Shown here piece by piece: positions 1 to 9,340 of a stretch of 64,000 nt of DNA. The translations under genes and the position numbers were made by a program. The stretch comes from an uncultured Eubacteriales bacterium (lineage in GTDB: Bacteria; Bacillota; Clostridia; Christensenellales; UBA1242): contig CABSCS010000001.1 of NCBI GenBank assembly GCA_902476355.1, positions 5,512 to 69,511 on the forward strand. Direction: 5' to 3'. The notes under the pieces are model-generated. The model saw only the letters and a list, made by a program, of their open reading frames with translations. It had not been told where the DNA came from and did not search any database. Every line of letters starts with the position of its first letter. The stretch's first letter is position 1.

Positions 1-659
1 CAAGAACCAATAAGGTCAAAGTTTTCAGGAATTGCATTGATTGTTAACACAAGAAGTGTTACAATTCCGCCAATGAAAAGTGCAACCAAGATATATTCAA
101 GCCATTTGTTGTTTTTCACAATTGTTGTGATAAGCAAAAGTGGAATTGATAAAAGTGCACCAAGCGCAACTGGCAAAAGTGTCAGAATAAACATCATTGG
201 AATAAGCCACAAATAATAGAACCAAGGAACCGAATTTATCATTCCATAGGCAACGAAAAGTGGCAACAAATATGTAAGGTTGCGAATAAATTCATAGATA
301 TAGTAAACAACAAGTTTACTTGTGAAAACTGTTGTTCGGCTGACAGGCATTGTCAGCAAAACCTGATTGTCTTTTGCAAAATAGAAAGATTTCATCATTC
401 CAAAAATACAAACAACAATTGAAAGTGAATACATGAATGTGAACACAATTGTCATGAAACTTTGAGGAATACCTGGCAAAAGTGAAATCAGGCGCAAATA
501 TGAAAGAATATAGAACCCAGCAAAAATGACCGCCGTGATAACGGCGAACTTCAAAAGTGTGAGAACAACTTTAAAAATAGCCTTTTTAACGCTTTTGAAC
601 GCCGAAAAGTCTATTTTGTCTTTAAGTTGCATTTTTGTAAGGGTTAAAAGTCCTTTCAT
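1..659 (-). CDS. ABC-type transporter permease (multi-pass membrane protein), 3' end cut by window edge; absent from supplied ORF track
   Basis: Hand translation of minus strand from ATG at 657-659 gives MKGLLTLTKMQLKDKIDFSAFKSVKKAIFKVVLTLLKFAVITAVIFAGFYILSYLRLISLLPGIPQSF... The frame stays open to position 3 and has several hydrophobic helices. It starts 37 nt after the stop of the ABC ATPase fusion gene on the same strand. Confidence 0.6.
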   Translation of the reverse strand, partial: MKGLLTLTKMQLKDKIDFSAFKSVKKAIFKVVLTLLKFAVITAVIFAGFYILSYLRLISLLPGIPQSFMTIVFTFMYSLSIVVCIFGMMKSFYFAKDNQVLLTMPVSRTTVFTSKLVVYYIYEFIRNLTYLLPLFVAYGMINSVPWFYYLWLIPMMFILTLLPVALGALLSIPLLLITTIVKNNKWLEYILVALFIGGIVTLLVLTINAIPENFDLIGS

Positions 660-696
660 ATTCTTCCTTTGTTATTTTTTGCTTTGGGATTTGTTT

Positions 697-3087
697 TTAT
701 TTATCTTTGTTTTTCAAGTTTTCTTTTTCTTGTTTTTTTGCTTGTTTTTCTGCAAGTCGTTTTGCCTTTTCTTCGGCTTTTTTCTGTTTTTTCTCTGCGC
801 GAAGTGCCTTTTCTTCTTCGCGTTCTTTTCGTCTTTCTTCTCTTCTTTCTGCCATTGTAATGGCCTTTTGTTTCTTAGCGTCGGTGTCGGTTGCTCTTTT
901 AACATCATTCTCTTCGGTAACTTTGAGATAGAACTGTTCAAGAGTGGTTTCTTTTTCAACATCTTTCACAACCGCAGTTGTCAAAATGTGTCCATTTTTG
1001 ATGATTGCAATTTTGTCACAAAGTTGTTCAACAATGTCAATCAAGTGGCTTGAAAAGAACACAATGTTTCCGTTTCTTGCATGCTCTCTCATGCACTCTT
1101 TAACTTGGAAAATGCTTTGAGGGTCAAGGCCGGTTAATGGTTCGTCCAAAATCCAAACACGAGGATTGTGAACAAGCGCACTCATGATTGCAATTTTTTG
1201 CTTCATTCCGTGTGAATAGGTTTTAATTTGGTTGTCAAACGAATCTTTAAGTTCGAAAAGTGTGACATATTTTTCAATGGCTTTGTCACGGTCTTCTTTT
1301 GAAACCTCATAAAGGTCGGCAATATAGTTAATATATTCTCTTCCAGTAAGTTTTTCATAAAGTGCATAGTGGTCTGGAACAAATCCAATTTGTCTTTTTG
1401 CCATCACGCTTTGCGAGTCGACATCATAGCCACAAACTTCAATTTTTCCGCTTGTGATTGGTTGAATTCCAACAATGCTTTTGATGATTGTGCTTTTTCC
1501 CGCTCCGTTATGTCCAAGGAAACCATAAATCTCTCCACCATTTATTTCGAGAGATGCGTCTTTAACGGCATAAACATTGCTTGAACTGTATTTTTTCGAG
1601 AAATTTATAAGCACCAATTTATTTTTATTTTCCAAATCTACAGGCTCCTTTTTGCTTCTTCCAGCAAGTTTTGTTTCAAGTGCAAGTTTGTCAAGTCTAA
1701 TTTTCTTGTTTCGGTCTGAAATGTCATACATTGTGTCTACAAATGAATATGCCCCTTCATAAATGAACCACATTCCAAGCCCCAAAATGACATATACCAA
1801 AAAGAACAAAAATTGATAAAGTGGATAGAATGTGAACGAAAAGTCTTTAATTTTAAATGTCCACACAATGTTTCGAAGGTCTTCTGCCCACTTTCCAAGT
1901 TTGTCGGCAATGAAGTCAGAGTTGATAAAGAAATAGTCAACAGTGCCATAGTTAGAGAACCATGCATTCAAAATCAGAACAAGTGCGAAATAGATTGCAA
2001 AGCCAACCATTGAATATTTGAACTCACGAAGTTTTGGACGCTCGTACACTCGAAGAGCAACAATCAAAAGTGGCATGAAAAATGCGATATAGTGGTTGAT
2101 ATAGAAAGTCAAAATTCCTGTTTCAAACAAGTTTGTTGAACTTGAATAATTTGGCATTGCCATTGCCAAAAAAGCACCAAGAACATTGATAAAATATGTG
2201 AAATAGAACAATTTATTCCACTTGAAAATCAAGCAAAGTGCAATAATATACATTGCCGTATTGCAAAGGTGGAAAGGCCAAGCAGTAATGTCAAGAAAAC
2301 TTTCGAACTTGTGATGCAAACTGAAACTTAAAAGCGTTCCAAGAGCAATGAACAAAAGCACTCCTCTTTTGTCTTCTTTTGGAAGATGACGAAGAACAAA
2401 ATATAAAACAATTGGAATAATGAAACTGAAATATAAAATCATTCTGTGAGGATATGAGAAAGATTTTACCTCGATTGAATAGTTCAAAAGTCCAAAGTTT
2501 GCTTTAAGGAAATATGCAGGCATGGTTGAAAGCAAAATTATAAGAAGCCCTGCAACAAATCCAAAAATTTCTCTCTTTTCAATTTTTGTTTTAAATTCAC
2601 AAATCCAAACCCAAGCAGAATATGCAATCATGATTCCCGCTTCAACAGCAAGAAGCATTCCACGAAGAGTTACATGTGAAAGTGCACCCGCACCTTCAAT
2701 TGCCTGAACCAAAAGTGGCAAACAGAAAATTTTCAAAACCGAAACAATGCTTGCAAACCATTTTGCAAGGTGGGTTGCATATCGCATTTTATAAAATGGA
2801 TAAAGTTCAAACAAAATTACAGATGCATAGTCAAACCAAACAAGCAAAAGCATAAGGCAAGTTAGCCAAGAAGAATTGAAAACGCCAGTTGAAAGATTTA
2901 CAACTTTTTCAATTTCATCGTTGCCAAGCATATATCTGAAAACAAAAATTGCCGACAAGATAAGCGAAATGGCTTTCATTGTTTTTGCTTGAACTTTTTC
3001 GTCTTTCTTGCGCAAGACAAAAACAGCAGATAAAATCAATCCGCTCGCAACAACAAACGCAACAATATAGTATAATGCCATCGCCAT
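697..3087 (-). CDS. Fusion protein: ~455-aa polytopic membrane domain + ABC ATPase domain + Lys/Glu-rich C-terminal tail
   Basis: 796-aa ORF. aa 1-455 has many hydrophobic helices and the motif WPFHLCN. aa ~490-720 carries Walker A GHNGAGKST, signature YSHGMKQK and Walker B VWILDEP. The tail aa ~735-796 reads KKQKAITMAERREERRKEREEEKALRAEKKQKKAEEKAKRLAEKQAKKQEKENLKNKDK. Confidence 0.85.
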   Translation of the reverse strand: MAMALYYIVAFVVASGLILSAVFVLRKKDEKVQAKTMKAISLILSAIFVFRYMLGNDEIEKVVNLSTGVFNSSWLTCLMLLLVWFDYASVILFELYPFYKMRYATHLAKWFASIVSVLKIFCLPLLVQAIEGAGALSHVTLRGMLLAVEAGIMIAYSAWVWICEFKTKIEKREIFGFVAGLLIILLSTMPAYFLKANFGLLNYSIEVKSFSYPHRMILYFSFIIPIVLYFVLRHLPKEDKRGVLLFIALGTLLSFSLHHKFESFLDITAWPFHLCNTAMYIIALCLIFKWNKLFYFTYFINVLGAFLAMAMPNYSSSTNLFETGILTFYINHYIAFFMPLLIVALRVYERPKLREFKYSMVGFAIYFALVLILNAWFSNYGTVDYFFINSDFIADKLGKWAEDLRNIVWTFKIKDFSFTFYPLYQFLFFLVYVILGLGMWFIYEGAYSFVDTMYDISDRNKKIRLDKLALETKLAGRSKKEPVDLENKNKLVLINFSKKYSSSNVYAVKDASLEINGGEIYGFLGHNGAGKSTIIKSIVGIQPITSGKIEVCGYDVDSQSVMAKRQIGFVPDHYALYEKLTGREYINYIADLYEVSKEDRDKAIEKYVTLFELKDSFDNQIKTYSHGMKQKIAIMSALVHNPRVWILDEPLTGLDPQSIFQVKECMREHARNGNIVFFSSHLIDIVEQLCDKIAIIKNGHILTTAVVKDVEKETTLEQFYLKVTEENDVKRATDTDAKKQKAITMAERREERRKEREEEKALRAEKKQKKAEEKAKRLAEKQAKKQEKENLKNKDK

Positions 3088-3505
3088 GTCTTGTATTTTT
3101 GCTCCAAATATAAATTGTTATTTATTTATAAATATAAGTATGTATATTATAGCCCCAAAACATGCACTTTTGTCAATCAAAAAACAAGATAAAAAATATT
3201 TGTGAAATTTTGTATAAACCCTCACAAAAAGATGCATATTTTGCACTTTTTAAATATTTTTGAAACATAACTGTGTGGTTTTTATATAAAAAACCGCAAA
3301 ATCTAGTTTTGCCACAGTGAAAAGCAGATAAACAACATAAAAACCAAGAATATTTGCTTGAAAAAACAAAAATAGTCACAAAAATCGAAACAAAAAATAT
3401 ATTTTTCACAAAAATCGCCTTAATTGTAAAAAACGGCAATTTTGCACCATGGGGAATACAATTTTGCGATTTTTCTAAAAATCGTCATAAAAATAAAACA
3501 CAATA

Positions 3506-3535
3506 AAAACGCCACCACAAGCATGGTGACGTTTT
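3506..3535 (-). terminator. Rho-independent terminator after the glpK / TrxR-like operon
   Basis: Minus strand AAAACGTCACCA-TGCTTG-TGGTGGCGTTTT (8-bp GC-rich stem with one G-U) followed by TATTGTGTTTTATTTTT; lies ~40 nt after the stop at 3577. Confidence 0.7.
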
Positions 3536-3576
3536 ATAAATTGAAAAAGATTGTTTTCAAGACTTTTCAAACATTA

Positions 3577-4437
3577 TTATAATTGTTTCACAAATTTTGA
3601 TGCTTCAAGCCCAGCAATCATGCCCTGATAAACAGCAGTTGCAACTTGTTTTATTCCGCCAGTAATGTCGCCAGCAGAATATGCACCTTTAACATATGTT
3701 TCGCACTTGTCATTTATAACAATGTGATTGTCTTTTGCAAGCACTCCAAGTTTTTTTGCCATGTCAAGCGAATCCATTGTTCCAAGTGCCAAGAACAAAC
3801 CGTCAATTATAACCACTTTGTTTTCAAATTCAACCTTTTCAAGTTTTGTTTTTCCCAAAAAGCCAACAATTTTATTTGTTATAACTTCAATGTTGCCTTG
3901 ACTTTCAAGTTTGGTTTCGCCGTCTGTAAAAATATACACTTTCTTTGCGAGAGGAGAAAGAACTTTTGCCTCTGCCAAAGCATAGGTTCCGTTTCCAAGA
4001 ACACCAACAGTTTTGCCTTTATAGAAATATCCATCACAAATTGCGCAACTGCTTATGTTTTGTTTTTCATATTTTTCAAGACGAGAATCAACCTTATTTT
4101 GTTTTTCGCCAGACGCAATGATAACCGCTTTTGAAACATATTCTTCTTTTTCAGTTTTCAGCAAGAAACAATTGTTTTCAAAGTCTTTTTCCGCAAAGTC
4201 GATTGCACAATTTTCAACATCAATTCCAAGCGCTTTTGCTTGTTTTATGCCCTCTTCTTTAAGTTTTGAGCCAGAAATTGAAGCAATTCCATAGTAATTT
4301 GCAATTTCTTTTGCTTTTTCAAGTTTGCTTTCTCCGTTATCAAACACACAAACCGAAGAGCCAGCACGCTTTGCATAGATTGCAGAACTTATGCCCGCAG
4401 GGCCCGCGCCAATAATGATAATGTCATATTTTTTCAT
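3577..4437 (-). CDS. Thioredoxin-reductase-like FAD flavoprotein (CxxC redox centre, NADPH-binding signatures not recognisable)
   Basis: 286 aa from ATG 4435-4437 (MKKYDIIIIGAGPAGISSAIYA, FAD GxGxxG). Redox motif SSCAICDG. GNGTYA replaces the GGGxxA motif and IFTDGETK replaces HRRxxxR. The ATG lies 2 nt after the glpK stop. The 15-aa N-terminal extension in the ORF track is rejected. Confidence 0.8.
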   Translation of the reverse strand: MKKYDIIIIGAGPAGISSAIYAKRAGSSVCVFDNGESKLEKAKEIANYYGIASISGSKLKEEGIKQAKALGIDVENCAIDFAEKDFENNCFLLKTEKEEYVSKAVIIASGEKQNKVDSRLEKYEKQNISSCAICDGYFYKGKTVGVLGNGTYALAEAKVLSPLAKKVYIFTDGETKLESQGNIEVITNKIVGFLGKTKLEKVEFENKVVIIDGLFLALGTMDSLDMAKKLGVLAKDNHIVINDKCETYVKGAYSAGDITGGIKQVATAVYQGMIAGLEASKFVKQL

Positions 4438-4439
4438 AT

Positions 4440-5915
4440 CTACTCCTGAACCCATGTGCTGTTTTTTGCAGCATATTCCCACTCTGTAAAAAGTTTTTCT
4501 CTTTGCCTTTCAGAAATCTCTGGTTTGAAAGATTCAACTTGCTTTGCAAGATTTTTTATTTCGTCAAATTTGATAAGACCAAGTGCAACTTCTGCAAGAT
4601 AAATTGCACCAAGAACCGAACATTCTGTGCTTTCGGTTTTGTGAACTTGCTTGCCCGAAATGTCTGACAAAAATTGCAAGATGAAACGGTTTTTGCTTCC
4701 GCCACCATCAACATTTATTGATTTAAGTTTAATGCCAGTTTTTTCCATTTCTTTGATAATGGCATTTGCACCATAGCCAAGACTTTCAAGAACCGCTCGA
4801 ACCATATGATTTTTTGTAACGCCAAAAGTGATGCCAACAAAGCAAGCCCTTGCGTTAGCATTCCAAAATGGTGAACCAAGCCCTGTGAATGCAGGAACAA
4901 AATATACCCCGCCATTGTCCGGAACAGAAAGTGCCATTTTTTCGGTTTCATCAACCTTGTCAAAAAGTTTAACATTATGCCCCGCCCAATTGATTGCCGA
5001 ACAAGCAGAGAAAATTGAACCTTCCAAAGCATATGCCGTTTTTCCGTTCACGGTATAGGCAACGGTTGCCAAAAGTTTATTGTTTTCAAGTTGAACTTTA
5101 TTTCCTGTGTTCACAAGCAAAAATCCGCCAGTACCATAGGTGATTTTCGAGCGCCCAGCATCAACCGCGCCATGACCAACCAAACTTCCTTGCTGGTCAC
5201 CAATAATCGAACAAAGAGGCGCACCATTAAACTCTTTACACTCGCCAATAACCTCGGCAGAAGAAACAACCTTTGGCAAACATTCGCGACTAATTCCCCA
5301 CAAATCAAGAAGTTCATCGTCATAGTCCATGGTGTTAATGTTGAAAAGCATTGTTCTTGATGCGTTTGATGTGTCGGTCACAAACTTGCCCGTAAGTTTA
5401 TAAGCAATAAAACTGTCCATTGTTCCCAAGCAAAGTTGATGTTTTTTTGCAAGTGCTTTTGCTTCTGGAACATTTTTCAAAATCCAAGCCATTTTGCTTG
5501 CTGAAAAATATGGGTCTGGAACAAGACCAGTTTTTGCACGGATTTTTTCTTTCACTTCTGGTGAAAGTTTTTCAATTTCTTTTGCAGTTCTTCTGCACTG
5601 CCAAACAATTGCATTGTAAACCGGTTTTCCAGTTTCTTTGTCAAAAGCAACAACGGTTTCACGTTGCGATGTGAGAGCAACTGCCAAAATCTTGTCTTTA
5701 TCAAGGCGTTTGCCATTCATTGCTTTTTGAAAGGCAAAACAAAGTGCAAGATAAATTTCTTCGGCATCTTGTTCAACCCAGCCGTTTTCAGGATAATATT
5801 GTCTGAACCCCTGGCTTTCAACAGAAAGAATTTTGTTTGTTTTCGTGTCATAGACAAGAGCACGCGCACTTGTTGTTCCCTCGTCTAACCCAACGATATA
5901 TCTTTTTTCAACCAT
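4440..5915 (-). CDS. glpK: Glycerol kinase
   Basis: 491 aa from ATG 5913-5915 with AAAGGAGA Shine-Dalgarno upstream. MVEKRYIVGLDEGTTSARALVYD, GTGGFLLVNTG and NVDGGGSKN are typical FGGY/glycerol kinase motifs. The 39-aa N-terminal extension in the ORF track is rejected. Confidence 0.95.
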   Translation of the reverse strand: MVEKRYIVGLDEGTTSARALVYDTKTNKILSVESQGFRQYYPENGWVEQDAEEIYLALCFAFQKAMNGKRLDKDKILAVALTSQRETVVAFDKETGKPVYNAIVWQCRRTAKEIEKLSPEVKEKIRAKTGLVPDPYFSASKMAWILKNVPEAKALAKKHQLCLGTMDSFIAYKLTGKFVTDTSNASRTMLFNINTMDYDDELLDLWGISRECLPKVVSSAEVIGECKEFNGAPLCSIIGDQQGSLVGHGAVDAGRSKITYGTGGFLLVNTGNKVQLENNKLLATVAYTVNGKTAYALEGSIFSACSAINWAGHNVKLFDKVDETEKMALSVPDNGGVYFVPAFTGLGSPFWNANARACFVGITFGVTKNHMVRAVLESLGYGANAIIKEMEKTGIKLKSINVDGGGSKNRFILQFLSDISGKQVHKTESTECSVLGAIYLAEVALGLIKFDEIKNLAKQVESFKPEISERQREKLFTEWEYAAKNSTWVQE

Positions 5916-6008
5916 ATTTTCTCCTTTTTTAACATTCGTATATTTATATAATATCACTTTTTTTATTTTATAAAAAATAAAATAACCACAAAAACGCAAC
6001 TTTTTTGT

Positions 6009-6038
6009 TTGACAAGAGGTTTTGTTTGGCACTATTCT
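6009..6038 (+). promoter_or_regulatory. Candidate sigma-A promoter for the G3P-dehydrogenase-like operon
   Basis: TTGACA at 6009-6014, 18-nt spacer, TATTCT at 6033-6038; AGAGG SD then ATG at 6057. The -10 hexamer is weak. Confidence 0.35.
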
Positions 6039-6056
6039 ATTTATAGAGGTACAAAA

Positions 6057-7490
6057 ATGGAAAAAATCTATGATGTTTTAATTTTTGGTGCTGGCGTTGT
6101 TGGATCTTGCATTGCAAGCGACCTTGCAAGATCAGGCTATTCGGTTTGCCTTGTTGACAAAGCAAGTGATGTTTCAACCGGAGCAAGCAAAGCAAACAGC
6201 GGACTTGTTCATGCCGGATTCGACGCAAAGCCAGGAACACTGAAAGCAAAACTTAATGTTGAAGGAAACAAAATGTATCCTTCTGTTTGCAAACGCCTTG
6301 GGCTTCCACTTCGAAAACTTGGTGCAGTTGTAATTGGAAACAACAAAAACACCGTGAACGAACTCTATGCCCGAGGGCTTGAAAATGGAGTGAAGAATTT
6401 GTTTGTTCTCTCTCGCGATGAACTTTTGAAAATTCTTCCAAACATAACTGAAAATGTAACTTGTGGACTGCTTGCAAAAGATGCCTATGTTGTTTGTCCA
6501 TATCTTTTAACAATCTGTTTGGCAGAAGAAGCAATTTTGAATGGCGCAACTGTTCTTTTGGAATTTGATGCAAACAAAATTCGCAAAAACAACGGGGTTT
6601 TTGAAATTTCAGACGGCAAAACCACAGTTTTTGCAAAAAAAGTTATCAACAGCGCAGGTGCTGGCGTAAACCAAATTGCAAAACTTCTTGGAACTGAAAC
6701 CTATGACATTCAGTTCAAACGCGGTGAATATTTTGTTTTGGAACAAAGCGAAGCGCACATTGCACCAGTAACAGTTTTCCCTCTTCCAGAAAAAGGAAGC
6801 AAGGGTATTTTGATAACTCAAACGCTTGACCAAAACATTTTAGTTGGGCCAACTTCCTATGAAAGTGATGACAGCACAAAAACCACTCGTGACGGGCTAA
6901 ACTTGGTTGCTGAAAAATCTGGACTTCTTCTTTCAAACGTAAATCTTCGAAAAAGCATTCGTCAATTTTCAGGCGTTCGCACAATTTGCGGAGACGATTT
7001 CGTGATTGAACAAAGCAAAATTGACAGCAACATTTTAACTCTTGCAGGAATCTGCTCTCCTGGGCTTTCTTCTGCCCCTGCAATTTCGAAATATGCAATT
7101 GAAAAAATGGGATTAAAATTCAATCCAACCATTAAAAACAAGCAAATTGAACCATATTTTCTTTTCAAAAACCTTAAAAATGCAGAAAAAGAACAACTTC
7201 TTGCAAAAGACCACACCTATGGCGAACTTGTTTGCAAGTGTGAAAATATCACAAAAGGCGACATTTTGTTTGCCTTAAACCGACCACTTAAAATTTGTTC
7301 AGTTGACGGAATCAAGCGCAGAGTTCGTGCTGGAATGGGACGTTGCCAAGGCGGTTTCTGTTCTCTTCCAGTTGCGGAAATCATTGCAAAGGCCAGAAAA
7401 GTTCCAATTGAAAAAGTTTTGAAAGAGAACAAAAATTCAAACTTGTTTGTATATCAAATTCGCGGAGGTGAAAACAATGGCAACCTATGA
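6057..7490 (+). CDS. FAD-dependent glycerol-3-phosphate dehydrogenase/oxidase-like protein with C-terminal BFD-like Cys cluster
   Basis: 477 aa from ATG 6057. N-terminal dinucleotide fold YDVLIFGAGVVGSCIASDLARSG. C-terminal CKCENITKGD...GMGRCQGGFC. Divergent from glpK. Confidence 0.8.
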   Translation: MEKIYDVLIFGAGVVGSCIASDLARSGYSVCLVDKASDVSTGASKANSGLVHAGFDAKPGTLKAKLNVEGNKMYPSVCKRLGLPLRKLGAVVIGNNKNTVNELYARGLENGVKNLFVLSRDELLKILPNITENVTCGLLAKDAYVVCPYLLTICLAEEAILNGATVLLEFDANKIRKNNGVFEISDGKTTVFAKKVINSAGAGVNQIAKLLGTETYDIQFKRGEYFVLEQSEAHIAPVTVFPLPEKGSKGILITQTLDQNILVGPTSYESDDSTKTTRDGLNLVAEKSGLLLSNVNLRKSIRQFSGVRTICGDDFVIEQSKIDSNILTLAGICSPGLSSAPAISKYAIEKMGLKFNPTIKNKQIEPYFLFKNLKNAEKEQLLAKDHTYGELVCKCENITKGDILFALNRPLKICSVDGIKRRVRAGMGRCQGGFCSLPVAEIIAKARKVPIEKVLKENKNSNLFVYQIRGGENNGNL

Positions 7491-8703
7491 TTTTGATGTT
7501 GTTGTAATTGGCGGTGGCCCAGCAGGAATGGCTGGTGCACTTGGCAGTTCAAAAAACGGAAGCCGAACCCTTCTTGTTGAAAGAAATCACACACTTGGTG
7601 GCATTTTAAACCAATGCATTCACAACGGCTTTGGGCTTCACTATTTCGGAGAAGAACTCACAGGTCCCGAGTTTGCATCGCGTTTTGAAAAACTTGTGAA
7701 AAAAGATAAAAACATTTCTGTTTTGTGTGACACATTCGTAACCGATATTAAACCACATCAAGTTACAATCACAAACAAAAACGGAATCAAAACGATTTCT
7801 GCGGGCGCAATTTTGCTTGCAACCGGTGCAAGAGAAAGAACACCTGCTTCAATCCGCCTTAACGGAACTCGTCCACAAGGAATCATGACTGCCGGTGTTG
7901 CACAAAAAATGGTGAACATTCACGGCTATTTGCCCGGCAAAAAAGTTGTAATTCTTGGCAGTGGCGACATTGGACTTATCATGGCACGAAGACTTACGCT
8001 TGAAGGAGCGAAAGTTCTTGCAGTGCTTGAAATCAACAGCACAACAAGCGGTCTTCGCAGAAATGTTTTACAATGCGTTGAAGACTATAACATTCCTCTT
8101 CTTTTCAACACCACAGTGTTTGAAGTTGTTGGAAAAGACCGCGTTGAAGGCATTTATTATGGACAGGTTGACGAGCATTTTGCACCAATTGAAAGCACAA
8201 AGAAATTTCTTGCTTGCGACACACTTGTCCTTTCTGTTGGGCTTACACCAGAAACCGACCTTTTGCCAAATCTTGAACTTAAAAAAGTTACAAACGGCGC
8301 AGTGATAGACGAGTTTTATGAAACCAACATCAAAAGCGTTTTCTCTGCCGGAAACGTTCTTCACATTCACGACCTTGTTGACAATGTTGCACTTGAAGCC
8401 GAAAATGCAGGAAAATGTGCAAGCGATTTTGCAAAAGGAGTTTTAAAGAAAACAACTCCAATTTCTGTTGAAGCCGGAAACGGACTTACATATGTTGTGC
8501 CAAATGTTGCATATCACACAAACAACAAACTTGTTGCAAAATTCCGTCTTAAAAGCAAAATTACAAAAACATTTATCGTTGCAAGAAGTGGCGACACCAT
8601 TCTTTCAAAAAAATATATGCTTGCGGGTGTTCCCGGAGAAATGATTTCAATGGAAATTGACAAAACAAACGCAAAAGACAATATTGTTGTGGAGGTGCAA
8701 TGA
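7477..8703 (+). CDS. FAD/NAD(P)-binding pyridine-nucleotide-disulfide-type oxidoreductase (partner of the G3P dehydrogenase-like gene)
   Basis: 408 aa from ATG 7477 (GGAGGTG SD at 7464-7470). DFDVVVIGGGPAGMAGA plus a second GxGxxG (VVILGSGDIGLIMA). Overlaps the upstream gene by 14 nt. Confidence 0.8.
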   Translation: MATYDFDVVVIGGGPAGMAGALGSSKNGSRTLLVERNHTLGGILNQCIHNGFGLHYFGEELTGPEFASRFEKLVKKDKNISVLCDTFVTDIKPHQVTITNKNGIKTISAGAILLATGARERTPASIRLNGTRPQGIMTAGVAQKMVNIHGYLPGKKVVILGSGDIGLIMARRLTLEGAKVLAVLEINSTTSGLRRNVLQCVEDYNIPLLFNTTVFEVVGKDRVEGIYYGQVDEHFAPIESTKKFLACDTLVLSVGLTPETDLLPNLELKKVTNGAVIDEFYETNIKSVFSAGNVLHIHDLVDNVALEAENAGKCASDFAKGVLKKTTPISVEAGNGLTYVVPNVAYHTNNKLVAKFRLKSKITKTFIVARSGDTILSKKYMLAGVPGEMISMEIDKTNAKDNIVVEVQ

Positions 8704-9041
8704 TGAGCATAAATTTGACATGCATAATGTGCCCAATGGGTTGCAGTTTGAAAGTTGACAAAACCAAAGACGGCTACACCGTTTCTGGAAACAACTGCAT
8801 TCGTGGCGAACAATTTGGAAAAGAAGAAGTAACATCACCAAAAAGAATTGTGACAAGTCTTATCCGAACAAAAAAAGGTGTGACAAGTGTTAAAACATCT
8901 TGCCCAATTCCAAAGAAAATGATTTTTGATGTTATGAAAGAAATTGACAAAGTTTATGTTGAAAGCGCAAAAATTGGCGATGTTGTAATTAAGAATGTTC
9001 TTGGCACGGGCGCAGACATTGTTGTTACAAAAACAATTTAA
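8700..9041 (+). CDS. DUF1667-type small Cys-motif protein
   Basis: 113 aa. LTCIMCPMGCSL (CxxCxxxC) plus GNNCIRGEQF. ATGA start/stop overlap with the upstream oxidoreductase. Third member of a gene trio that commonly co-occurs. Confidence 0.75.
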   Translation: MMSINLTCIMCPMGCSLKVDKTKDGYTVSGNNCIRGEQFGKEEVTSPKRIVTSLIRTKKGVTSVKTSCPIPKKMIFDVMKEIDKVYVESAKIGDVVIKNVLGTGADIVVTKTI

Positions 9042-9340
9042 ACTTTGCAAAAGTATAGTAAATATGTAAAAAAGTGCAAAATTTAATAAAAAACACACAA
9101 ATTTACATCAATTTCACATATTTTAGAAAAAAAAACAAAACAACAAACAAAAAGTGTTCTTGAAAAAACAACGCACAACAAACAAAATTATATAAAAATA
9201 TTTTTCTTATACCAATTATAAATTTAGAGCGTTATGACTATTAAAAATATAATGTCATGCAAAATTTATATTTCATCTGATTGATTGCAGACAACAACAT
9301 GACAAATATAATTTGCAAACCAAATTTAAAAGCAAACAAA

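Noticed and set aside
526-1053. Plus-strand 175-aa ORF and neighbours (669-860, 707-931, 714-962) at the 3' end of the ABC fusion gene
   Set aside because: These are Phe/Leu-rich or Lys-rich antisense or alternate-frame shadows of the AAG/GAA-rich segment encoding the Lys/Glu tail. They have no SD, and the real genes on the minus strand explain the region.
3146-3176. TTGACA ... TATAAT pair upstream of the ABC fusion gene as its promoter
   Set aside because: The hexamers are good but the spacer is 19 nt, which is too long for confidence. It is left unannotated.
3173-3439. 88-aa minus-strand ORF in the 490-bp spacer upstream of the ABC fusion gene
   Set aside because: It has an AT-rich, hydrophobic low-complexity product, no SD and no family resemblance. 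It lies in promoter/terminator territory.
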